This document shows, piece after piece, positions 52,780 through 64,000 of a DNA stretch of 64,000 bases. Made by a program: the position numbers and the translations under genes. Origin of the DNA: Dicyema japonicum (taxonomy: Eukaryota; Animalia; Dicyemida); assembly GCA_011109175.1 (NCBI GenBank), contig RDEW01000006.1:1324133-1388132 (forward strand). Direction: 5' to 3'. Position 1 is the stretch's first letter. The number at the start of each line of letters is the position of its first letter. A model generated the notes under the pieces. The model worked only from the letters and a program-made list of their open reading frames with translations, ran no database searches and was not told the origin of the DNA.

Positions 52780-52979
52780 CATTATAACCCATCTCTTATT
52801 CACCCTAACACATTCTCTAATTCAAAAACTCCTAATTACCCTAATCCATTCTCTAATTCACCTTAATCCATCGTCTAATACACTCAAATCCATTCTCTAA
52901 TACACCATAATTCATTCTCTAAGATACCTTAACTCTTTCTCAAATAGACCCTAATTCATCTTTTTATTCACCCTAATTA
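52780..52979. repeat. Degenerate 22-bp minisatellite, ~8-9 units, consensus ~CACCCTAATCCATTCTCTAATT
   Basis: Successive units such as caccctaacacattctctaatt, caccttaatccatcgtctaata and cactcaaatccattctctaata. Confidence 0.8.
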
Positions 52980-53099
52980 ATCCGAAAATCGGAACATGTT
53001 TTCGGACAAAATTAAAAATTTCGTTTTCCCCCGAAAAGAAGCCGGTAATTATTTGTTTTAGAATGATAAGACTTATCAGCCCGGACGTGATACTATACG

Positions 53100-55494
53100 A
53101 CATTTATTAACCCCGGGATCACCGAGAAAGACAAAGTAAAGTCAACTAGTTAGATGATCCCATTCCCGCAACCAAACGTGTCATCCTAAGCATGTGCGTC
53201 TCCATTGTTCACATTGTCGAACGGAAATTCCTTCTTTGATCCTTGCAGAAGAAGCCGATTGGGGAAGGAAATTTCTTAGCCAACCAATTTTCTTTTGCAA
53301 GGAACAGTGAGAGGCTTAGTGCGTCCATCTTCCTCGCAAGTGCGTAGAAATCCAGAACCACATCTACGAGTTGTAGATTCCGTTAGCAGGGTAGGTATTT
53401 CTCTTTCACATTGTGGTCCATGCATACGTGTTGTTTTCCTTTGTAGTAAGTTTAGTTTTTGTATAGTGGTTTCTGATAACGCGAATCTCCAGGCAGCAGA
53501 GGCATATTCCACAGCCGGCGCAATTGTCTGGCAGTATATGGTTTTGATTGCTTTATTCATATTCGCTGGGGTCTACTGGATGAGGGCCCGTGTGACATTT
53601 AATTTCTGTAGTCTTTTAATGAAGACTTGTTTGGCATGGTAGGTATAATTAGCAGCCTGTCGTATGTCACTCCCAGGATTGAGGGGTTTCTTGTGACAGA
53701 TATCCGAGTATGTCGATAAAGATTTCTGGTTCTTTGGACCGCCGGTCGGAGGTGAATAGAGTGCATGATGATTTTGGAGCTGATACCGAGAGACGGTTAG
53801 CTATCAACCAATCGTGGATACTTTCTTATGTGCGAGTGAGACTGCTTCTGATGTCGAACTGCTTCTTGTTCCAATGATGATATCGTCAGCATAAGAAAGC
53901 AGTAGGAAGTCCTTGTCAATGTCTGCTGGCAGGTCTTGGAGGAAAAGGTTGAATAGAGTGGGGGATAAAGGCGAACCTTGGGGCACTCCGTTTGGTAGTA
54001 ATCATGATCTGTGATGGCCACAGATGACCCTCCCACGTCTTCCAGACAAAAAATTGGCCAGCCATAGCTTCAAGTTAGGGCGAATTTTTGAATTAAATAT
54101 TTTTCCAATTAAATGTTTCTTCGGTACTGAGTCAAACACCTTGTTGATGTCAATCGAGACCATTGTTGTCCGCATGTGTTTTTGGGGTAGTGTTGAGACT
54201 GTCTGCAGTGAACTGTGAAAGTGTTGATAAGAAAGTCGTGGTTGATCTTCCAGAGCGAAATCCGTGTTGGAAATTCGATTGAGTAATAGGAGTAATTTCA
54301 GATAGGATCAACTTTTCCAACACTTTTGATATAGTAGAGGTCTATGAGATTGGTCTGCATTAATTGCGATCTCCTTTTGGTTTTCCGGTCTTATGAATTG
54401 GAGTGATGAGCAAGTTCTTCCATATTTGGGGGATAGCGTTCCAGTTTACGGACAGGTTAAAAATTTCTTATCAGTCTTTTAAATGGCCACACTGATGGTT
54501 TTTGCGGCTTCATCTATCGAACTTATATGAGATGATAGTCTTTTGATCAAGTCCAGGTCTACGAAGTCAGAGATGCCAGACCAGTCAACCTTCTTATAAT
54601 TCTTGAAGCTTTTCATTTCGGTCAACAATGTCCGGCGTCTCCGAAATTCTCTTAACGTAAGAAGGATGGGATTATGGTCGCTGGAGAGACCATAGTTCAC
54701 ATCCCATTTAGTGATTCCTTCTAAAGAGGTGAACATAGGGTTAAATCAGGAGAGGTGTAGCTATCAGTGCTCCTTAAAAGGGTTCTTGTGTGTAATTTAG
54801 GTTCATTCAGGACAGACATATCAATAACACCATTTGCGATGAACTAGCCTCGGGTGTCAGATGACTGTGAAGCTAGTCAAACGAGGTGTTAGGCATTTAT
54901 GTCACCGCATATTAGTGCGTTCATAATTACTGAGAGGCAGAATATATTTGAGGTGTAAGATTTTGGTCAGGATCCTTGTGAAGGAATAAATAGGTTAATC
55001 AAGTTAATCAAAAAAGACGAGTATAGCTCCATTTTGATGGTGATATGCTCCATGGTATCAGCTGAGTCCAAAAGTTCTGAGGTCCGCCGACTCACGTCAA
55101 TGAAAGGTATACCGTTTTTAATAATTGTGAGTAGTCCTCCACCTGATCTTCCTTGACGATCCCGGGAATGAGGGTTTTGGCGTGGAGGATGAGAGCTTGT
55201 ACTCATGGATAAGAGCGAGGTCAGCTCGAGTTGTGGAAAGAGCTCGAAATTCCAGGATCTTCCTTTTAATTTGTGTTTAGTTGAGAATTATTAAGTCTCC
55301 GCGTGGACCAGGGTTTTTTCCATGTCATACAAGACGGAGTCGTTGGCATATAGCTTGCGGGAACCCCCAAAAGGTGGGGAGAAGTTATTGGCTCTTTCTT
55401 TCCTCTCCGGGATGAATGTCACCTTATATGGTGAGCCATTACTATTATTTATATGACTTTTTATTATATATTCACTTTGTGTATTTTCTAACAT
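53100..55494 (-). mobile_element. Near-complete but frameshifted APE-type LINE (I/Jockey-group-like)
   Basis: GRSGGGLLTIIK, SSDHNPI, GFRSGRSTT, SIDINKVFDSV, PQGSPLSPTLFNLF, SYADDI, APAVEYASAAW; 3' AATAAA at ~53103. Confidence 0.9.
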
Positions 55495-55529
55495 ATATAA
55501 TTAATAATAATATAATTTAAAATTAGTTA

Positions 55530-56031
55530 ATGGTACTGCAGTTTGTGTCAAAGACTTCTTTATTGTTCAGTAATATCCCTCTCCAATTTGCATTAATTCC
55601 TATTGGTAGTTATTACTACTAATGAATAGCTCACAGAGTCTCAAATGCTCCCAGACGTAGAAGAACAAATGTAACAAACTTGAGTCGTCGATTGGCCATG
55701 TCAGGACACAGAGATAAATTCATATTAAATGATAAACTGACTGTATGTCCATTCTGTAATTCATTCCACGAATCCAATACACTTTGCAGTATTATTATTT
55801 GTTTGTTTAGATTATTGTTGGAGTAAAATACAAGGGGTAACTAAGAGAATGCAGAATGCTGTCTCTAATGAGTACTATTACAACTGTGCTAATAGAGATT
55901 TGTGTTTTGTATTTGATGGGGAGGACGTGCTAATGGAGGATAAAACACTTTATGTGAAAATGAAAGGGAAAAGACCTCACGTGTTTAATCGTTTTGATAA
56001 TTATAATTCAATTTTGAATAAAAATAAATAA
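55530..56031 (+). CDS. MRPL32: Mitochondrial ribosomal protein bL32m-like, 3 exons
   Basis: Removing introns 55606-55629 (24 nt) and 55789-55810 (22 nt) gives one ORF with APRRRRT..SRR, VCPFC...TLCNYCWSKI (four Cys) and C-terminal KRPHVF. Confidence 0.8.
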
Positions 56032-56129
56032 AATTATCCCAAAGACTAAAAACTAATTAATTCCTTGATTTGACGCGTTATTATTTAATTTTCCGAAAAG
56101 GGAACATGAAATATGGAGTAAACTAACTA

Positions 56130-56990
56130 ACTGATCTCTGTACACCTCAAAAGGATCGAGAGGTTTTTCGTATGTTCCTCCAGAGTACCCACGGCTTTCC
56201 TGCACCGACGACGATCACCTTTCATTAGATTTTGAAGAGGGGTGAGGTTTTTTTTCAATTTACGTGTATTTGAGGCTTCTAGTCTTTAATGGAAGAAAAG
56301 AATTGTTTCGTGACCACACAGACCGATGAAACCGGAACCGTCTTTTACGATTGAGGCGTAGTCATGCATTGGGGGAGAAAGATCGGGAGGTAGATTCGTT
56401 AGACGTACCAATTTGGCTGTTAGGGAATTGATATTGTACAAATTTGATATTGGAACTCCATAAGCCCATGAAGCACAAGCATACTCAACCGTCGGTTTTA
56501 AAAGTTGATTGTACAAGACGACGGTTCCACGCCCTATCTTTCTTTTCTCTGATGAGTTTTGTTATTCTCTGATTTAAACATTTTATATTTTCCAAATCAG
56601 AAGAGGTTTGTTGATTATTCGTCTTCAGGAGTTTCTTTGATTGATGAGGAGACGAGTCTCCGAGTCCAGAGTAGTCTTGTAGAATTTGTAAACTGCACGT
56701 GGGACAAACACCATTTTTTCGAAAGAGTCGATAATTAGACTCTCCCTCTTGTCTGCCGACTGGGTACTGAACCATTGGGGATGTTTGATGTCGAACACGG
56801 GGGTGCTTCAGTATAACGTAAATGCAAGAACAGTGATTCAAAAGACGTTTTCCGGGAAGCTGAGGTCGATTATATAACACGTCGCAAGGGAAGAAATTGT
56901 CTTCCAGAGGAATGAATAGATGAATCCTTTTAAGTTTTACAAATGTTATATTCAAACTTATAATAATATGACTCCTTCAACCTCCTATTG
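56130..56990 (-). mobile_element. Internally deleted APE-type LINE fragment
   Basis: Linker region (NQRITKLIREKK) is joined to the C-terminal YNQLLKPTVEYACASW. Confidence 0.6.
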
Positions 56991-57049
56991 ATTTGGTAAC
57001 TTAAAAGGAAATTTTAAGGAAGAGAGAAAGAGAATAGTTATTTAGCACT

Positions 57050-58120
57050 TGTGTCAATAGACCTAAAAGAATGAGTCCTACAACGAGTGATTTATTACTT
57101 AATATCTGTGTAGTCCAACTAAGTGTGCTATGGTCAACTTCACGGTGGAAGACATGACGCCTTGCAAGACCCAAGTTGCTAAATTCGTAGACAACTTGAC
57201 TGTGCTGATGATCTCAGTCTACTCTGCTATGAGTGCGATTAAGATCGCTAACGTGTTATTTCTCTACGACCAATCAGGATATATGAGGATGAGGATCGGG
57301 TTTCTTTCCGGCTTGGATTTTACAGCAACTCTGACAAGATGGCCTTTGTTGAAGCCATGAACGGTGCCTTTCCCTTTGGACCGAACAGAAAACAGTTCAG
57401 AACGATTACCACAAAACCATCGGAGATTGTAGTAAAGAACCAATCCTTCTGGAATGAGGACAACGACTTCCTGGACTACCTACAGGAGATGGCTCCTAGA
57501 GTGACCAGAGAAGGACAGACGATGCCAATGGAGAAAGCGTTAATCGGTAACAAATCAGAGACCATCACTAGTCCGTTTTGGTTTCTCCATTGGAAGAAAC
57601 GTGATCATTTTCGAATGGATGAGAAGAGGGCCGCTGATCTGCTATAAGACCAACACTGAAATCAATAAGGGAACTCCGCTGAGAATAATCACAGAATCAG
57701 TGAAACCGACAAGAGAAGAATGCGCCGCGGCTGCCACTGTAACCACATTGTTCTGCATTGATGACCTACAAATACAAAACCCGAAAATTATCAAGTGCAC
57801 ACAATGCGAATTTATTAATCTTACCTAAACTGTTATTTTTTACGAGAATAATTCTACCGAAACTGTTATGTGGATGCGAAGCGTGGTACTTATCCACAAA
57901 AAAGGAAAGAATATTGTCACTACTGGAAAATCTAGAAGATCAGCGATAAAGTTATCCCCTGGCAGAAGACTACGTCCTGGGTACTGAAGAGGACGGGATT
58001 CTTACCCCAGTGAAGCAGATTGTGGATAAAAGGATTCGCGAAATCCTATGCTAGAACGCAAATTAATAATGGAGACGGATAACTCCTAATCCCGTTTTAT
58101 AATAGTTTGTCAAGTTTTGT
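57050..58120 (+). mobile_element. Degenerate LINE of the same family as the 10400-12960 element
   Basis: LVSIDLK and IILPKLLCGCEAW. 57950-58100 (GCAGAAGACTACGTC..GTACTGAAGAGGACGGGATTCTT..AACTCCTAATCCCGTTTT) matches the reverse complement of 10410-10620. Confidence 0.75.
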
Positions 58121-59019
58121 CAAGAAAATGGTTATAAACAATAAGGAGGAGTACTGGTCTAAAGGGGCGGGGACCAGATTACTACACTTGTAAAAGAGAG
58201 CACGAACACCAGAGATATGATACGTTGCAGAATTTCGCTACAGTGACAGATATCTCCTTTAAAGACCGCAGAGTTACCGGCAAGATCCCTCATAGTATGG
58301 TTAACGGAGGATTGTTAACCCGCATCAATAAGACTGTGACCTTGCAGTGGAGGCTAAGCCAATAGGGTCATTGGGTGATATCTCTCTAGTATTGTATGCA
58401 AGACAGGTCACCTATGAGGAATCGACAGACAAGCCCACACCATACAGTAAATGAGAAAGCAGATATGTGCCATTATTGTTCGGAGACAAAAGAGATGGAA
58501 GCACCTGAAGAGCACATAAGTAATGTGCCGAGAGGGGTTAAAGGAAAAGCACCGCATATAGAGGGAGGGGTATTTAGTAAACGCCGTGTTCCCAAATGAG
58601 TCCTCAAAGAGCTGTGGAGGGCAAAGGCTTATTTAGAGAAGGCATACTATTGGAAAAAAACTATACCCGTGAAAGTAAGAGAGGAAATAATATGTTTGAA
58701 TTTAATCGTGGATTGTTTACTACACGAAAATGGCTGTAGTGCGTGTCCCCAGGAGGACGTGGAAATACTTTCCTCATGGGGGATTATGTGGGAGGCTAAA
58801 CCACGCAGTGGAAATGTGTGCACTGTCTCATACAGCACCGCTCTATTCCTGGTAATCTTGCGGAATTTTCGATTTCTAGAGAAGGAATGAGATGGCTTTG
58901 ATTGGAAAACGACCTGTGTAGATAAAGTGTATAATTTATCAAAAAATGTACTTTAATGAGTCTTATGTCGTTTAATAAAAAATATCATTAACCAAAATAC
59001 GATTCCTGATTAAATCCTT

Positions 59020-59330
59020 ACTGGTACGACTTATTTGATCCCAAAGTGGCTGATGGAATTCTCTCAGAGAATCGGTTGGACACTATGAAAAATTCAGGTG
59101 GCAAAAGAGTAAGTTTTGATTAAAAGTGTCTTTACATGGAAACTCATTTTTGTCCATGTGGATTGATTATTCAGTCGATCATTCTTACCTTGTCTAATGT
59201 CTACACTGTCTGCGTATGCCTATGTTGTTAATCAGTTGCTGTGATGAATAGGTGGAGTATTCATCTGAACTATAAGCACGGAATGAACTATAAGAGAGGT
59301 CTGAGGTTGCACAGGCGAGTCCAAGCTATG
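59020..59330 (+). mobile_element. R4-like RT fragment
   Basis: TGTTYLIPK, ILSENRL, MWID..SVDHSYL, RWSIHL; heavily decayed. Confidence 0.5.
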
Positions 59331-59349
59331 CCAGGACTTTTATAAGAAG

Positions 59350-59760
59350 CCGCAAAATAATGGCCTCTTTACTTTTTTTGTTAATCCCTCAAAAACTCCT
59401 TTATCCCTGATCTGTTTAACCTCTTTCTGGTCGATCCCCGACTCTTGGATCAGATGATGTTCTACTCTTTATGTGGATGATATTGTGTTGCCTTCGCAAG
59501 ATCAGGATATCCAGAAGGCCACAAAAGGAATGCAAATTAACCTGGACCGTCTTAACGCCTGGATAATGGAAAACCGGCTCGTGGTGAGTGCAGAGATGTC
59601 GTTTACGTCACTTTACATCTGACAAAAGATTAGGAAGAAAAATAGTCACCTTGAAGTTAAACAAGGTCGGCATCCTTTTCAAAAGATGTCAAAGGATCTT
59701 GGGTGTGACAATTGATATTCATCTCTGTCTGACACCACACGTAGAAAACATCACAGTACT
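59350..59760 (+). mobile_element. APE-LINE RT fragment
   Basis: LSPDLFNLFLVD, YVDDI, LDRLNAW, ILGVTID. Confidence 0.65.
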
Positions 59761-60660
59761 TTAGCATGACATTTACGTCCCTAGATGCGACAACTATGTC
59801 ATCGGCATAGGAAAGTAGCATGTCATTATTATTCATAGGAACGGGGAGATCAATCAGAAACAAATTAAAGAGGATTGGTGATAAAGGAGATCCCTGGGGT
59901 ACACCATTGGGTAACAACCTCGATCTGGAACTCTTGTTTCCGCACACTTTCCCTCGGCGGCCACTTAAGAAATTTGCTATCCATAACTTTAGTAGTGCAT
60001 CAATTTTTGTCAAAAATAATTTTTGTATGAGGATCTTCCTTGGAACAGATTCGAATGTTTTTTGAATGTCAATTATACATATGACCGATTTTCCTGTTTG
60101 GGCTTGTCCTTGTGTCCTTCAGTTATGAACTTTATTAGTGTTATTTGGAAGGAGGTTTGTTGATAATCCTTCCTTGAAGCCATTCCCCGACAAAACACAT
60201 ATAAGGGAGACTGGTCTGTAAGAGCCGGGATCGTTCTTCGGTCTTCCCGTTTCAATATTAAACGAATTTCTAATAGTTTCCATAAAGTCGGTATGGATTT
60301 ATATTCAGCGATGTGTTGTAGATGATTGTCAATGCATTTATTGATGTTGGGTCCAAGTGTTTCAGCAGAATAAGAGGAATTCCGTCTGGGCCACATGAGT
60401 TTGTTTTTATCTGATTCGATATTGCTTTGGATACATCTTTAGGAAGAAAATAAATCAGCGGGGCCATTTTGGATAGCTTTCTTTTTATTTTCGGTTGTGT
60501 TAATCTTTTTATAGGAATGTGACCGATTCGGATACAATTTCATAAATTTATTCAGATTGAGCTGGCACTTTTCTTTGTTATCTTCGTATTCTGGGTTCTT
60601 CAGACGCCTCAACATCTTCCACATGTTGGAATTTGAGGTAATGATGTAGGAATTAAATGG
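59750..60660 (-). mobile_element. APE-LINE RT fragment, tail-to-tail with the previous one
   Basis: SCGPDGIP, NFLSGR, GVPQGSPLSPILFNLF, SYADDI. Confidence 0.85.
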
Positions 60661-60890
60661 AACAAAGTACCACAAGGGATATCTAAGCCAGTTAGGAGTC
60701 GATGAAAAGCTCCAGGCCTATTTTAAAGCAAATCCTGAATAAAAGAGGCAGAATTAGGAAATGTAATATGGGAAGAGGGTTCAATTGGACAGTACGCTCT
60801 CTAAGCTGTTCCGGAATTAAATAACCTGACGAGCAGGCAAGTAGGAAGGTTACTAAATAACGTTTTTTTGTTAAAGTATTGATTGTTAAA
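60660..60890 (+). mobile_element. Second 3'-end fragment of the R4-like family
   Basis: AACAAAGTACCACAAGGG...AAGCTCCAGGCCTATTT matches 39955-40016, and TTCAATTGGACA matches ~40104. Confidence 0.75.
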
Positions 60891-60981
60891 TAATACTCAA
60901 TTATTGGTATATTATTGCTTAGAACCTAAATCATAGCAACAAATACTCAATATTTTTATAAATCGTCGTTTGTTATGATAA

Positions 60982-63900
60982 ATGTACTTTCCTAGTAATA
61001 GAGTTGATAATAAAGTCCAAATAATGAAAAACTTTCAATCATTATACCAAGTTTATGCATATTAATACTTAAGTTAGCTAGAGATGGAAGTGAAAGTGAA
61101 ATATTAGATTGTATTAGAGAAATGTCTAATTATATGTCTTCCAATAAATTTATTAAGACTATAAACAAACTGGATGATAGTGGACAAAGTCCTCTTCACT
61201 GTGCAGTTCGATCTAATAATCTTCATGCAATTGAAATTTTACTGAAAAGTGGAGCAGGTTCTATTATTTAATAAGAAAGATGTCAATTGTTTGGGGGAGG
61301 ACGATATTACACCGTTAATGACTGCTGCTAGATCGAGAAATGAAGGGAAAAGTCCTGATGTACTAGTGAATTATAAAATAAAGGAAGAGAAAATAGATGA
61401 AACAATGACATTTAAAAAGCTTATATCTTACCAAGCTAATATTAACCAAACGGACATTTATGGACAGGGGCCTATACATTATGCTGTTATGAGAAATAAT
61501 GCTAATTTCCTTGAACTTCTCTTACAATGCAGTGATCTTATAACTGATGTTTTAATATTTATTATTTTAGTTAAAAGATAAGCAGGGAATGACTCCAGTA
61601 CACTTTGCAGCCGTGTATGGACATTATGATATGATGACAATGTTGGTTGACCATGGAATAAACCTTTTAACCTTTGATATATTCTGTCAAACACCACTCC
61701 ATTTGTCCGCTAGTGCACAGGATGATAGAATATGCAAATTGGTTCTCAAAACACTGAAAGATAATTATCCGACTGATTTCCTATCTGTATTTAAATTATA
61801 AAATTTAGATTTTGGATATGAAGGATGTAGAGACAAAGACCCCATTGCACATTGCCATAGAAAAGGATAACTTTAATGTTGCCAAAATGTTAATATCCTG
61901 GGGATCTGACTGTAATAAAACATCATATGGAGATAACTATCCCATTCATTTGGCAGCTAAAGGAAACTCTGTCGAAATTATTAATCTCCTTATTTCTTCT
62001 AAAATTTACATAAACAGTAAAAACATCAAATTAGAAACTCCTCTGCATATTGCTGCTGCATTTGATAAACCACAAAATATAGAAATTTTACTAAACAAGC
62101 ATATATCACTATTATTGTAGTAAAGCCAAAATTGAAGAGAGGGAAATTGATAGATTTACTCCATTAATGCTGGCAGCTTCATTTGGCAATCTAAAATCAG
62201 TAGAAATATTACTGAAAAACAATGCCAGAATACCAAATGTGGAGAAGAATGATAGAAATTCAATATTTTTAGCATCACAGGAGAATCAGAGTGATGTTTT
62301 AACTGTTTAATTTTCGGTAATTAAGATGTTATTGGAATATTGTGGGAATGTGGTCAAGAAATTTTATATTAATTGTACTGACCGTTTTGGAGAGAATCCT
62401 CTACACAAGGCTAGTGAGAATGGATATTGTAGAATTGTCCAAGTTTTGTTATTTCATGAAAATATAGATTCTATTAAATCATGGGGCAAATTCATCAATT
62501 AAAAATGATAATGAACAAACAGCCATGCATTTAGCTGCTCAGAATGGGTTTATAAGGTTAAAATAATATTATATTTCAGAGTTGTCGAAATCCTAGCAAA
62601 GAATGACATTACACTAATCCACGGGGAAGATGAAAATTCAAATTCTCCATTGCACTTGGCTGCCCAAAATGGACATAAGGATGTTGTAAAGTTTCTAATT
62701 GAGAATAATGCTGATATTGAAGCTAGGTCATATTTATTATTAATTAAAGGAATCAATTCTTATGGACACCACTAGACTGTGCTGCCCACAATGGAAATGT
62801 TAAAGTATGCAAAATTCTGTTGGAAGATGACGCTCCAATAGACGCCAAGGACAGAGCGAGTGTTAATATTATTTTTAATAAGAGACAACTCCTCTTCATT
62901 TGGCCTCAGCAGCAGGACATAGTGATGTTGTAAGTCTGCTTATTGAAGAAGGTGCTGACGTTAGCATGAAGGATGCAAACGGGTTCAATTCCTTAGATAG
63001 AGCTATTCATAACAATCACAGGTTGAAGTATTTGAATAAAATAGGGAAGTGGCTCAAACTATTCTCAGTTCTCCCAAGTGGCGTGAATCATTAAGAAATA
63101 AATATTATTGTCAAAATAGGAAGGAAATAATAACCCCAATGAGAGAGTTAATACAGAAAATGCCAGGTACAATAATGGTATGTAATAGATGTTGCTTTTA
63201 CTGTTTTGTCATCATCAATCACAACCAACAATAAATCTAATATTGACCCTGACCAATCTGTTATGTACAATTATGAATTTTTGGATGACATGTTCGTTAA
63301 TTGGTCGGAAGGGGATAATCTTAGTCTGGAGGGTTAAATTTAATATTAATTTAAGATTTTAATGAAATAAATAATCAAAAAATAATCAAAAAATAGTACA
63401 TACTCTCGAATGGATGGTCAAATACAAAAAGAAGGAACTTTTAGGGCATCCACTGTCACGAGAATTAATACATACAAAGTGGGTCAATTATGGACAATAC
63501 TTCTTTTATGTTAATCTCACCTTGTCATTATTATTTACAATTTCACTGACAACATTCTTGTATTTGTCAAAATCACCAAAGTTTTAAATATAATAATAAA
63601 TAGTCTTCAGAACACATCAATTACAGGCTGTCATTATGGATTTATTTCTACAAATGCTGAATACATGGGCACAATCTTCAAATATGCTGCGTTTGTGGTT
63701 TCTGGGTGCTTACTTTTGAGGGAGGTACTATATTATTTAATAAGGATATCTCAATTTATTAGATCACCGTTTAAATATTTTTCATTTGTTAATTTGATGG
63801 ATATTTCCTCATTTTGTTTATGCATATCATCATTGTTGGATGTCAGTGCATGCAATAAGCAAACGGGAATTAGAGAAGTTTGTTAATTTATTAACATAGA

Positions 63901-64000
63901 GTTGGCAGTGGCAGTTGGCTTGTATTTCTGTGTTTTTAGGATGCATGAATACTATTCTCATTATGCAAAAAGTATCCATGTTTGGTATATATGTCGTAAT
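60982..64000 (+). CDS. TRPA1: TRPA-family ankyrin-repeat cation channel, 3' end outside the window
   Basis: Many ankyrin repeats (TPLMTAA, TPLHLSA, TPLHIA, SPLHLAAQNGH, TPLDCAA), linker TPMRELIQKMP, then hydrophobic TM segments including WQWQLACISVFLGC..IMQKVSMFGIYV; many 21-25 nt introns. Confidence 0.85.

Noticed and set aside
58120-58900. Gag-like zinc knuckle (CHYC..EH) ORF
   Set aside because: Motif incomplete and context fragmentary; probably TE debris, but I cannot assign it.
59350-60660. Twin-priming inversion of a single LINE
   Set aside because: Both pieces contain the same RT segment (LSP.LFNLF, YxDD) with diverged sequence, so they are two separate copies.

Overview
Eukaryotic, AT-rich animal DNA in the standard genetic code, with no prokaryotic features. 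Layout: (1) 1-~3870 is a 167-bp satellite array (~23 monomers) with an apparent 9-monomer higher-order period. (2) 4241-33814 is a ~9.85-kb segment triplicated in tandem; each unit holds a pogo/Tigger-type DD29D transposon, decayed CRE and APE-type LINE pieces and a possible CUB-like gene. (3) 33.5-40.6 kb is nested retrotransposon debris (CRE, APE-LINE, R4-like). (4) 40.6-48 kb is a very compact gene block: NDR kinase, choline-acetyltransferase-like, coiled-coil gene, TBC1D10-like RabGAP. (5) 48-61 kb is LINE debris containing DYNLL and MRPL32. (6) 61-64 kb is a TRPA-family channel gene running off the end. Nearly all host introns I could place are 21-25 nt (mode 22), so the ORF track badly fragments the real genes. 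The best leads are a 21-nt GT-AG segment that carries both a stop codon and an AATAAA and whose removal fuses the coiled-coil and TBC ORFs in frame; a 25-nt micro-intron inside the transposase; and an R4-like family that resembles, from memory only, elements annotated in microsporidia. All gene models were assembled by eye, and the species cannot be identified from this window.
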